Source: Bdellovibrionota bacterium FG-2
GTDB lineage: Bacteria; Bdellovibrionota; UBA1018
Assembly (NCBI GenBank): GCA_051382305.1
Contig: JBBCAV010000164.1
Coordinates: 1-59,167, forward strand
Length of the DNA stretch: 59,167 nt
Direction of reading: 5' to 3'
Shown here: positions 9,290 through 17,664 of the stretch, piece after piece
Layout: each line of letters begins with the position of its first letter
Numbering within the stretch: the first letter of the stretch is position 1
Program-made: the position numbers and the translations under genes
Notes under the pieces: model-generated
What the model saw: the letters and a program-made list of their open reading frames with translations, nothing else
Database searches by the model: none
Told to the model about the DNA's origin: nothing

Positions 9290-10606
9290 TTAAATTTTCA
9301 TTTTGAAGATCCGCACCGGTTCCAGCAGGTGTTCGGCATCTTTGCTTAAGTTTTCAAATGCGTAAGGGTTAAGAAACTGCCGATTGGCGAAGAGTTTTCG
9401 ATCGATGGGGTTGACTTCGGCCAGGTCGCAAACGGAGTTCCAGTTCACCGTAATTTTCTTGATCTGATTTTCAATGATGTCCATGGCCTGCTGTCTAGAA
9501 AGTAGAAAATTGCCAGCGGCATTGAGGCATGAGGCGATCTGACTTCTATTCTCGTTGCCCATAATCAGCATGGCCTGGGTGGCAACATTTCCTGAGCGCG
9601 CTTGCGGGCAGATGTCATAGGCTGGCGTGAGCGACAGCATCTGGCCGTCCCAGAAGGCGGCGTGATTGCGCGCGTGATCGTCGGTGTTGCCGACGAGGAC
9701 GTTGAATGTCAGGCGTTGAAACAGTTCCTTAAGTGTCAGAGAGGCATCTTTGAAGCTGTAGCGGATGATCTCGGCAAATTTTTCGTAGCTGGCATAACGG
9801 GCCATCATCTCGTCGAGTTCGAAAAGGGTGAGGGCGGACAGCATGCTCCGGCGTTGCCACCCGTTCTTCATGTGCACACGATCAAAGCGTTCGATTAAAA
9901 GCACATCTTTATGCGCGGCTTTTTTTAGGCTCACCGGTGCCACGTCTAGTCCGGCGAGTTTTGCCAAGCGCATCGTGACGAATTCGGCCTTGATTATACT
10001 ATAAACGTCGGATGTAGACGCGAACTTGGCAATGTACTTTTTGTTCCCGTCCTCAATCAGAGCTTTGGGTCTGGCTCCGCCGATGGGACTGCCGTAGTGT
10101 AAAGCCATATCCAGCTCAGGTGTTAGTGCTACTCCCTTTTCCACCCGTTCGGCTGAGGCTAGAAGTTCTTCCAGTGTAACATTACTTGCGGAGCGCGGTT
10201 CGTAGTGAGTGGGTGAGAGTTGAAAGTCCAATGCGCCGATGCGATCCGATCCGGACTCAAGCAGGTAGGTCAATTCGTCGAGTTGGAACTCGTCGATAGC
10301 GCTGCCTATGACGCTAAATTTTCTATTGATCAGCACGCGTCGTCCCCACGCATCGGGCGAGCCATCGCGAATGCAGCCGGGGATGCTCAAACCGTCAAGC
10401 AGCGGGAGTACTCCGGACTGCAAGGGTAGTTCGCGGTTAGAAATTGCGATTCCATTTGGGCGCTCCAAATAGCTTTTTCCGTAATTGAATATAAGATTGG
10501 GACCTTCGGCTGTGAGTTTGCCGACGACCACGGGTTTTGTTTCGCCTGGTAACCAAATCCACACAAAGGCTTCGCTGTAGGTGTTGACCTTAGAAGGCAT
10601 CGTCAA
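9290..10606 (-). CDS. hipA: HipA-family serine/threonine kinase toxin (type II TA)
   Basis: The 438-aa protein has a HipA N-terminal region (VWIWLPGETKPVVVGKL), a catalytic loop GNTDDHARNHAAF and LTPAYDICP. Its stop codon abuts the kdsA stop with a 0-nt gap, in convergent orientation. Confidence 0.85.
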   Translation of the reverse strand: MTMPSKVNTYSEAFVWIWLPGETKPVVVGKLTAEGPNLIFNYGKSYLERPNGIAISNRELPLQSGVLPLLDGLSIPGCIRDGSPDAWGRRVLINRKFSVIGSAIDEFQLDELTYLLESGSDRIGALDFQLSPTHYEPRSASNVTLEELLASAERVEKGVALTPELDMALHYGSPIGGARPKALIEDGNKKYIAKFASTSDVYSIIKAEFVTMRLAKLAGLDVAPVSLKKAAHKDVLLIERFDRVHMKNGWQRRSMLSALTLFELDEMMARYASYEKFAEIIRYSFKDASLTLKELFQRLTFNVLVGNTDDHARNHAAFWDGQMLSLTPAYDICPQARSGNVATQAMLIMGNENRSQIASCLNAAGNFLLSRQQAMDIIENQIKKITVNWNSVCDLAEVNPIDRKLFANRQFLNPYAFENLSKDAEHLLEPVRIFKMKI

Positions 10607-10934
10607 TCTCCTTGCGACGCTTGCGGATGCTCTTGGGCAGCAACGCTAACTTGTCGCTCACGCTTTCGAGCTTTGTCGCAAAAGAACCGCTGCAGGGATC
10701 GACGTCAAAGAGTTTCACGCCGGCTAGCACTGCAGCCTCCAGTACAATTCCGAGTTCACACTTCAGGTCCCCTTTTTCGACTTTTTGTAAGGTGATGCGT
10801 GAGATTCCGACTCGGTCGGCAAAGTCACGTGCGGTGAACTTACGAGCTTTGCGTGCGAGCTGTATATCCTTGCCCAACAAGAGTGCGGCATCTTTGGTGT
10901 AGTGTGAGTAAACCCTCTCCTTTTGTGTGACCAT
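10590..10934 (-). CDS. hipB: HipB-like XRE-family HTH antitoxin
   Basis: The HTH segment is LLGKDIQLARKARKFTARDFADRVGISRITLQKVEKGD. The gene overlaps the hipA start by 17 nt. Confidence 0.8.
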   Translation of the reverse strand: MVTQKERVYSHYTKDAALLLGKDIQLARKARKFTARDFADRVGISRITLQKVEKGDLKCELGIVLEAAVLAGVKLFDVDPCSGSFATKLESVSDKLALLPKSIRKRRKEIDDAF

Positions 10935-11040
10935 ATAGTTTTGTTCCTTAATGATAGATCATTATAGTGGTCATAATGGCGTCTTGTGATAGCTATAGTA
11001 TACTAAATGAGGAGGGAGAGTCAAGTTCTAAGGTTAAGGC
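10935..11040. promoter_or_regulatory. AT-rich divergent promoter/operator region between hipB and the ATPase pseudogene, dense in short palindromes
   Basis: The palindromes are AATGAT-AG-ATCATT (10950..10963), CATTAT-N7-ATAATG (10960..10978), ATAGCTAT (10989..10996) and AGTATACT (10997..11004). Confidence 0.3.
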
Positions 11041-12303
11041 GTGTTAATGGCTGCCTTAAATGGCCGATTTTGGACATGTGTCCTGGTTTGGCTAAGCTGT
11101 GGCGTATTTATCGTAAACGATTATAAAGTTGACGTGACCTCCCGTTTATCATCAGCTCTGCGCCGGCGTTGTCCGCTCGATTTTGACGAGGCTCGAGCCC
11201 TGATTGTTTTTGGACCTCGAAAAACAGGAAAGACCACGCTCCTTGCTCAAGCGTATCCAGATGCTTTACGTTACGATCTGCTCAAATCTGATGTCCGGGC
11301 GGAACTTAAGATCAACTCCTCCCTGCTACGGCAGGAGGTTCAGGCCCGTGCTCCAAAAATGGTGATCTTGGATGAAATACAGAAAGTTCCGGAACTTCTC
11401 GACGAGGTTCATTGGTTGATTGAAAACACGGATTGCCGATTTGTTCTTTGTGGATCTTCGCCCCGCAAGCTCAAGCGAGGAGCGGCTAATCTCCTGGGGG
11501 GGCGAGCGCTTCGAACTGATCTGTTTCCTCTGGTGTCTGCCGAGATTGGCGCTTTTGATCTTTGTAAAGCACTCAATTCGGGACTGATTCCACAACACTA
11601 CTTGAGCAAAAATCCTGACCGGTTTCTGAAGGCTTACGCCGAGCAATATTTGCAGGAGGAAATTGTCGAGGAGTCGCAGATTCGCAAGCTGCAGTCGTTT
11701 CATCGCTTCTTGGAGACTTCGGCACTCATGAATGGAGAGCTTCTCAACTACGCCAAGGTCGGCGTTGACTGCGGGGTATCGCCCAAGACCGTGAGGGAAT
11801 ACTACCAGATATTAGAAGACACTCTGATCGGCTTTACGCTCAATCCTTGGACTCAGATTAAGACTCGCAAGCTTATTGAAACGGCGAAGTTCTACCTTTT
11901 TGATACGGGAGTCGTTCGCCCCTTAAAGGGCCTGCCTCATGTTCATGCAAAAAACCAGGGAGTTTGGGAATCTTTTCGAGACTTTCCTGATCCACGAGGT
12001 TCGGGCGTATTTGTCGTATACTCATTCAAATCTAAAACTATCGTACTGGCGTACAACGTCTGATTTTGAAGTGGATCTCATCGTGGGCAACATGCAACTT
12101 ACTATTGAGTTTAAGTCTACGGATCGCTTGACCTCTGATCATCTGAGGGGGCTCCGCGCCCTCGGGAGGATCATTCGCCCGGACAAATGCTTCTGGTATG
12201 TCAGGAGCCCCGGCCGAGAGAGTTTGAAGGCAAGATTCGTTGCTTGCCCTATCAGGACTTTTTGCGACAGCTATGGGCGGGAAAGATTATTGTCTCGCGC
12301 TAA
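11041..12303 (+). pseudogene. AAA+ ATPase of the DUF4143 family, disrupted by two frameshifts
   Basis: A Walker A motif is present (GPRKTGKTTLL). The family sequence continues in a second frame from about 11950 (EFGNLFETFLIHEV...YWRTTSDFEVDLIV), across an A6 run at 11949..11954. It continues in a third frame from about 12160 (REDHSPGQMLLVCQEPRPREFEGKIRCLPYQDFLRQLWAGKII), ending at TAA 12301..12303. The likely true start is GTG 11134. Confidence 0.7.
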
Positions 12304-12381
12304 GGGAGGGCTCACTAAGTGAGATAACTTTAGTAGGCCATAGGTTGCAAGAGAGACGGCGGCGTATTTGATCGCCTCTCG

Positions 12382-12672
12382 CTATTCCTCTTCCTCATCC
12401 GATGTGATGAGTACCGCTTTCCCAGACTCATCAACAGCAGGGCCAAGCACAGCAGGCGAGCGATTGACTTCGGAGGGTTTATCAGCGACGAGCTGCTGCA
12501 AAAAGTGCTTTAGCTCCAGGCGATTTTGTTCGGTGATGTCGTCATCACTGTCAGCGCTTTCTGCCCTATCAAGAGCTGAAAGCGCGGGCTTAGCTTCTAA
12601 AGGAGCGTTCACCGCCGCAAGTGATGAACCAGCACTTAAAAGAACGAACGAAAAAAACAGACTCGACTTCAT
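12382..12672 (-). CDS. small secreted acidic hypothetical protein
   Basis: The 96-aa protein has a signal peptide (MKSSLFFSFVLLSAGSSLAAVNA) and an acidic C-terminus. A competing plus-strand ORF (12368..12736) looks low-complexity. Confidence 0.45.
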   Translation of the reverse strand: MKSSLFFSFVLLSAGSSLAAVNAPLEAKPALSALDRAESADSDDDITEQNRLELKHFLQQLVADKPSEVNRSPAVLGPAVDESGKAVLITSDEEEE

Positions 12673-12778
12673 ACTTCAGGACCCCCAAGTCGAGCATAAC
12701 ATCGGGTTTAGGGTGAAGCAAAGCACTGTCGAATGAGCGCTTGCCTGGGGCACCGGTCGCCGTCAACGGATTGACATC

Positions 12779-12955
12779 TTACCCGGCTTTCTTCTTTAGT
12801 TTCGTGACCTCAGCGGCAAGCTTCATCCAAGCGGCCAGGATGTGTGCTGCCTTCTCGGGTTTGAGAAAGGCGAGCTCTGAGGATTCCTTTCGCAAAATTT
12901 CGACCTCAAACTTGCTGATTCGAGAGTCGAGCGGCGGGCTCGTTTTGCGATTCAT
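12779..12955 (-). CDS. 58-aa hypothetical protein (below the ORF-track size cutoff)
   Basis: I translated this by hand: MNRKTSPPLDSRISKFEVEILRKESSELAFLKPEKAAHILAAWMKLAAEVTKLKKKAG. It starts 14 nt after the stop of the 66-aa gene on the same strand. Confidence 0.35.
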   Translation of the reverse strand: MNRKTSPPLDSRISKFEVEILRKESSELAFLKPEKAAHILAAWMKLAAEVTKLKKKAG

Positions 12956-12969
12956 AACGTGAGCCGCTG

Positions 12970-13170
12970 TTAGGAGTGGCCCATCACAGGGTGTACTCGG
13001 TCGCGCTTCTTGGTGCGTGCTTCGGGAGCGTCGATTTCTTCTTGGGATACGGAGCCCATGAAGACCTCGTTATCTATCAGTGAGAAGGCGTACCAGCGGC
13101 CTCCAAGCTTTTGATAGAGTACTTCGACCGTTTCACTATTATTTGGTTTTTTATTCTTGGTAGTTTGCAT
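12970..13170 (-). CDS. 66-aa hypothetical protein
   Basis: The ATG is preceded by AAGGAGGG at a good spacing (ccaaggagggatagacaATG). Confidence 0.5.
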   Translation of the reverse strand: MQTTKNKKPNNSETVEVLYQKLGGRWYAFSLIDNEVFMGSVSQEEIDAPEARTKKRDRVHPVMGHS

Positions 13171-13255
13171 TGTCTATCCCTCCTTGGATTGATCTAACTT
13201 CTATATTATCGGAACTCGGGCTGATTTCTTGAGGTCTTTTTTTTGAAACTTGTTT

Positions 13256-13747
13256 TCAAAGATAAAACACTGTCGCATCTCCCAAATCCTTATGGGATTG
13301 TTCAGCATAAAGTTTCAAAAATTTGACGAACTGTTGGTACGCTGCATAAGACGCAGTTGTCTGATGCACAGAGCAGCCGTAACGCATGTAACGTGCATTA
13401 TTCTCAATTGCAGGTCTTGAATTTTGAATGGTGACGAACACCTCAAGATAGGTGTCTTGGCTGAAATACAGACGAAGAGGCACGTTGTCCGTGGTCGTGG
13501 GCCAAGGGCTGTTTGAATTAAAAGGGACCTGAAACGAGCAGCCTTCTTCGCTGATGTCGCAGATCTCAATAGGCTGAATGACGCCGTTTCCAATGACGGA
13601 ATAGACGTTTAAGAGATGTTTGAAGAAAATGCGCTCTGTTTTTCTACGCTTTTCTTCGAGTCGCTTGGTTCTGACTTCACCGAAATCGATAACTTGTTTT
13701 TCCGTGGATCCTGTTTGGGTTTCTGTTTTTTGGCTGCCTTGCCCCAT
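13256..13747 (-). CDS. PilZ domain protein
   Basis: The c-di-GMP binding motifs are RxxxR (RRKTER) and D/NxSxxG (DISEEG). Confidence 0.7.
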   Translation of the reverse strand: MGQGSQKTETQTGSTEKQVIDFGEVRTKRLEEKRRKTERIFFKHLLNVYSVIGNGVIQPIEICDISEEGCSFQVPFNSNSPWPTTTDNVPLRLYFSQDTYLEVFVTIQNSRPAIENNARYMRYGCSVHQTTASYAAYQQFVKFLKLYAEQSHKDLGDATVFYL

Positions 13748-13815
13748 GGTTTGAGTTCCTCCAAGGGACGTATCGGAAGCAAGTTCAGGACCCTAAATGG
13801 AAAAGTTTTGCCTAC

Positions 13816-14226
13816 CTACTTTTCTATGCGGGCGACGTCAAGAATGCCGTCTAACATGTGGATAAAAGCGAGGAAAGCTTGATAAGTCTTGGAATCTTTA
13901 TCTGTAAACTCAGCCCCTAGTTTTCGCCCTTCGGGGTGTTCTTCGACGCGAACGCAGCGCACTGTGAGGGGTAAATAAAGCGACTGATTCAAATAAAGCC
14001 GAAGTTCGATCCCATCGCCGATCTTCACCGGAACGGTGCTCGTTGATTCTCCTTCGATGTCGAAGTCAAAACCAATTCCTAGATCGCTGATATCGCTAAC
14101 CTTGAGTTTGTAATCGCCCTTGCGGGGGACGACAACAAAAAGTGCAAAGGTATCTAAAACGGGGCGTCTGCGGGTACGGCGTCTTTCGACTCGAGTCGCT
14201 GGACCTTTATTCTCATGATTAGTCAT
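13816..14226 (-). CDS. PilZ domain protein
   Basis: The motifs are RRRTRRR (RxxxR) and DISDLG (DxSxxG). An ATGA overlap joins it to the upstream GYF gene. Confidence 0.75.
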   Translation of the reverse strand: MTNHENKGPATRVERRRTRRRPVLDTFALFVVVPRKGDYKLKVSDISDLGIGFDFDIEGESTSTVPVKIGDGIELRLYLNQSLYLPLTVRCVRVEEHPEGRKLGAEFTDKDSKTYQAFLAFIHMLDGILDVARIEK

Positions 14227-15752
14227 AGTCCCTCTCTTTGCGGTAGCCCGTTTGGTGTGGTCGGCAGTTTCTCGGCTTGCTCTATTTTTGCCTTCAAGGT
14301 TGCCAAGGCGGTCGAAGCACTTGCGGCGGCTTCTCCGAGCTGAATTTCAAATCCTTTGGGGTCCACGGGCTCGGTAAAATAGCTGTGATGAAAGCGATGA
14401 ACCTTTTCGACAGCTTGCGCGACTTGTTGGGTGAGCTGGTAAAGTGAACCGTAGAATGTATCCTTTTCAATGGTCTCGGGTGTCCATTTTGAAAAGGTTT
14501 CCCCCATTTGATGCATAATTCCGATCCAAACGGGATGAAACTGGTTCCAAGCCTTGCGTTGAGCCGGGGTCACTTTTCCTTTCTTGAGGGCCGCGAACTT
14601 ATCGAGGGTTAAACTGAGTTGGCCTTCGAGAGTCAAAGAAAACTGCTTGATCTCACTGAGCTCGGTCGTGGCCTTCGCACGCATTTTTTCATGAAACTCA
14701 TTGAGGCGTTCCGTGTAACTTGCGTCTTTGGCTCCCCCCAAAAATAGCGTTTTAGTGAGAAGGACTTTCGTGTTTTGGCTCACGGCTATTTGATAGCTTC
14801 CGCGTGGAATCGGTTTCCCATCTGGAAATCCAATTGGGCCCGTTTTGCCTTGTCTCTTGTTAATCGTCGCAGAAGTCTTTGTCGAAAAAGATAACTGATT
14901 GAGGAGCGTGTCGGGAATGCCATCTAGTTTGAGCTCAACCAGCGTATTTTCAGGAAGATTTGAGGCTACATGAAAAGTTGGATTAGTGAGATCGGCTCGA
15001 GATAGAGCAATTCCTACTCTTGGGCCATCCACTTCTAGTTTTGCGCGGGCTGCCGCTTTCAGCTCCTCGTAGTCTTCAGGAGCAATATCGGGAAGTCGCG
15101 AAATCGGAGAAACCCACTTTAAAAGTGCGGGATATCGATCGGAGAGTTTCAGGAGATAGGGCTGCAGAAGATCGGTGACCGTGTTGAAGCTCGCTTCAAG
15201 CGCTGGGGATTTGCGGAGAGCTTCAAATTGTCCCGTGTAATAAAGATATCCGGACCCTCCGAGAATAATAAGGACGCCGAAGGTCCTGAGGATGGTGCGC
15301 AGGGAAGATCGTTTTCCGGGGCGTGCCACAGTCGAGGTAGGTTCATCCTCCTGGGGCTCTGGCTGGGTTTCTTGCAGTTCCTGTGGGATCTCTAAAGGGG
15401 ACGAAGTGGGCTCAGGCGCAAGGGACATCGGTGCCAGTGGTTGTTCGACAGGCTCCATGATTGGGCTGAGTTCAATTGCAGGCGTGGATTCAAAGGTAGG
15501 GGGCCCAATCGTCGGTTCAAGAGGGGGCGCGGGCGCCAAACTAATGACGGGCTCCATTTTGGGTTTGAGGAGGGATTGAAAAGCTTCGATATCGGTCATG
15601 AGTTTCCAATCCGTCATGCCCTCTGCCCACACAAAACTAGAGGGGGTCACTAAACCCAGATTGAGTTTAGATTGGATTTCTTCGAGCGAAAAGGGACCCT
15701 CATGATGATCCCCGAGATAGACAAACCATTTTTTTTCTTTGAACCCGTCCAT
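14223..15752 (-). CDS. GYF_2 (DUF4339) domain membrane protein with Pro-rich linker and unknown C-terminal domain
   Basis: The N-terminus is KKWFVYLGDHHEGPFSLEEIQSKLNLGLVTPSSFVWAEGMTDWKLMTDIEAF. A P/E-rich linker and a TM segment (ILRTFGVLIILGGSGYLYY) follow. Confidence 0.65.
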   Translation of the reverse strand: MDGFKEKKWFVYLGDHHEGPFSLEEIQSKLNLGLVTPSSFVWAEGMTDWKLMTDIEAFQSLLKPKMEPVISLAPAPPLEPTIGPPTFESTPAIELSPIMEPVEQPLAPMSLAPEPTSSPLEIPQELQETQPEPQEDEPTSTVARPGKRSSLRTILRTFGVLIILGGSGYLYYTGQFEALRKSPALEASFNTVTDLLQPYLLKLSDRYPALLKWVSPISRLPDIAPEDYEELKAAARAKLEVDGPRVGIALSRADLTNPTFHVASNLPENTLVELKLDGIPDTLLNQLSFSTKTSATINKRQGKTGPIGFPDGKPIPRGSYQIAVSQNTKVLLTKTLFLGGAKDASYTERLNEFHEKMRAKATTELSEIKQFSLTLEGQLSLTLDKFAALKKGKVTPAQRKAWNQFHPVWIGIMHQMGETFSKWTPETIEKDTFYGSLYQLTQQVAQAVEKVHRFHHSYFTEPVDPKGFEIQLGEAAASASTALATLKAKIEQAEKLPTTPNGLPQREGL

Positions 15753-15790
15753 AGGTGCCGTCCGTATTTATAAGTGTAAAGGAAACGAAA

Positions 15791-17632
15791 CTATATCCCA
15801 AGCTTTTTATCGACTTCGGCCGACACTCCATCGAGGATTTTTTTTGCACGAGTCAGAAGTTCGCTGCCCTGCGTGCGCTTGGTATGACAGTACGGCTCGT
15901 CTTTTATGCTTTTGAGGTTGATCAGCACGTTCCAAATTCCCCCTTGCACTCCCGTAAATCCCACCTGAACTCCGACGGCGCCATCGGTGAGCGAGTTGGG
16001 ATTGCCGAGCTCGACAACTTTTGAAGCAAGTTCCATAGCACGGAAGCTTGCTTGCGCGGTTTGCCATGGGACCTCGACCGCGAGTTTGAGCCCTTCTTGC
16101 ATCTTGGCCGTGCGCAGGGTTTTTTCCTCGGGGGTGCCTTGCGGAAGCCGCCTTGCTTCCATAAACGCTGAAAACGCGTCTGTGTCGTCATCCACCGCGC
16201 TTAAGAGTTCGTGTTTGAGCTTTTGAGCTTCGTCGGCAATTTCTTCAAGCAAGGGGTCCTTGGTTTCCGTGCCTTCTTTTCCGTGCGTGAGGTTTGCGAC
16301 CATTGACGCGAGCGCCGCACAAAGCGCGCCTCCGAGTGCTGCAATCGATCCCCCGCCCGGGGCGGGAGACTCCCTGGAAACTTCGTTAGTGAAGTCTGAG
16401 ACTTTCATTTGAACCAGGGCTTGCGGCTTTGGGTCCGCGTAGCCCAATACTTTTTTTGAAATATCAAATGAAGCAACTTCGTTGAGCCCGAGTGAAACCA
16501 CCGCGGCGTTGAGAATGTCTTGGGTCGGAATTCCAACAGATTTACCCTGTTTTTTGAGATAAAATCTTCCCGATGCTAACAGAGACTCCAAAGGAATCAA
16601 TCCCACGACCTCGCTCCCCGTGACTCGTAACCCACGCTGGGCGGCCAGTTGTCTTGCTTCTTCAAATACAAGGTGCGGCGGGGTTAGGCTGGGATGTGTC
16701 AGATTGATCGAGATCTGAGCGCGTTTGTAGTCATCGACATACCAACCAATGGCTTTGCACGCTTCAAAGGTGCCAGGTTTGTAGGCGTTTTTTCCAATGA
16801 CCTCCGCGAGATCCACTTCGTTGGCTTCGAGAAGTTTGAGCAGATCATAGTGATGAGCTTGGGTGCAATGCTGGGCGACTTCGCCCAGAGACTTTGTGAC
16901 AACTGCGCAAGATGCGCATGGAAAATGGTTGTCCGAATAAACCATTTTCTTGCCCTTGAAGTAAAAAGGTTTTGTATTGCCAGTTCGGCCCACGCGACCT
17001 TTTTCGCGAAGTTCAAACGCGATTTCGGTGGCGTGTTGTTTGTCGGTGGAATTCAAATTGATGTTATAGGCGACCAAGAATTCGCGCGCACCGATGACGG
17101 TAGCGCCAGAGCGCAAGTTGAGTTCCGAAGGGCCAAAATCAGGTTTCCATTGGGGCTCCTTGATTTTTCTGGCAAACCCCTCGTATTCCCCTCTTCGAAT
17201 GTCAGCAAGATTGCTGCGTTCAGGATGTGAGGCCGCCTCTTCGTAAAGATACACGGGGATCTGTAATTCTCTGCCCACCCTTGCTCCGACTTGCCGGGCG
17301 ATTTCAACACATTCTTGCATGCTGACCCCTTCAACAGGCACAAACGGGCAAACGTCGGTGGCGCCCATCCGAGGATGTGCGCCTTTGTGCGTGCGCATAT
17401 CGATCACCTCGGCAGCCTTGGCGATTGCACGAAAAGCGGCCTCTGCGACGGCTTCAGGAGAGCCCACAAAGGTCACAACGGTGCGATGGGTGTCAGCACC
17501 AGGGTCGACTCCGAGGAGTTGGATTCCGCTCACCGCTTCAATAGATGAGACGATCTCCTGGATTTTTGCGGGGTCTTTGCCTTCAGAGAAATTTGGAACA
17601 CATTCGACAAGCCTATGGGTATTTAGCGACAT
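15791..17632 (-). CDS. ftcD: bifunctional glutamate formimidoyltransferase / formimidoyltetrahydrofolate cyclodeaminase, with a ~70-aa insertion
   Basis: The N-terminus CVPNFSEGKD...HRTVVTFVG...GAHPRMGATDVCPFVP is the transferase signature. The C-terminal ~190 aa are helical and cyclodeaminase-like (PAPGGGSIAALGGALCAALASMVANLT). At 613 aa it is longer than the ~540 aa typical of this enzyme. Confidence 0.85.
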   Translation of the reverse strand: MSLNTHRLVECVPNFSEGKDPAKIQEIVSSIEAVSGIQLLGVDPGADTHRTVVTFVGSPEAVAEAAFRAIAKAAEVIDMRTHKGAHPRMGATDVCPFVPVEGVSMQECVEIARQVGARVGRELQIPVYLYEEAASHPERSNLADIRRGEYEGFARKIKEPQWKPDFGPSELNLRSGATVIGAREFLVAYNINLNSTDKQHATEIAFELREKGRVGRTGNTKPFYFKGKKMVYSDNHFPCASCAVVTKSLGEVAQHCTQAHHYDLLKLLEANEVDLAEVIGKNAYKPGTFEACKAIGWYVDDYKRAQISINLTHPSLTPPHLVFEEARQLAAQRGLRVTGSEVVGLIPLESLLASGRFYLKKQGKSVGIPTQDILNAAVVSLGLNEVASFDISKKVLGYADPKPQALVQMKVSDFTNEVSRESPAPGGGSIAALGGALCAALASMVANLTHGKEGTETKDPLLEEIADEAQKLKHELLSAVDDDTDAFSAFMEARRLPQGTPEEKTLRTAKMQEGLKLAVEVPWQTAQASFRAMELASKVVELGNPNSLTDGAVGVQVGFTGVQGGIWNVLINLKSIKDEPYCHTKRTQGSELLTRAKKILDGVSAEVDKKLGI

Positions 17633-17664
17633 GCCCTAACAATATGAAGGAAAACCCCCTGGGG

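Noticed and set aside
11939-12322. 127-aa ORF as an independent gene
   Set aside because: It is the middle and C-terminal part of the same DUF4143 ATPase read in a shifted frame. I treated it as part of one pseudogene.
12368-12736. 122-aa plus-strand ORF
   Set aside because: It is Ser/Ala-rich and low-complexity, with no RBS. The opposite-strand 96-aa ORF has a canonical signal peptide. Confidence is low for both.
13171-13255. AT-rich hairpin TTTGAAA-N5-TTTCAAA next to a T8/A8 run as a terminator after the PilZ gene
   Set aside because: The stem is only 7 A/T base pairs. For the minus-strand transcript the U-run is on the wrong side. It is more likely promoter-region AT-richness for the 66-aa gene.
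16694-17230. 178-aa plus-strand ORF, along with several others between 15755 and 17919
   Set aside because: These ORFs are antisense to the well-supported FTCD gene. None has an RBS or a recognisable motif.
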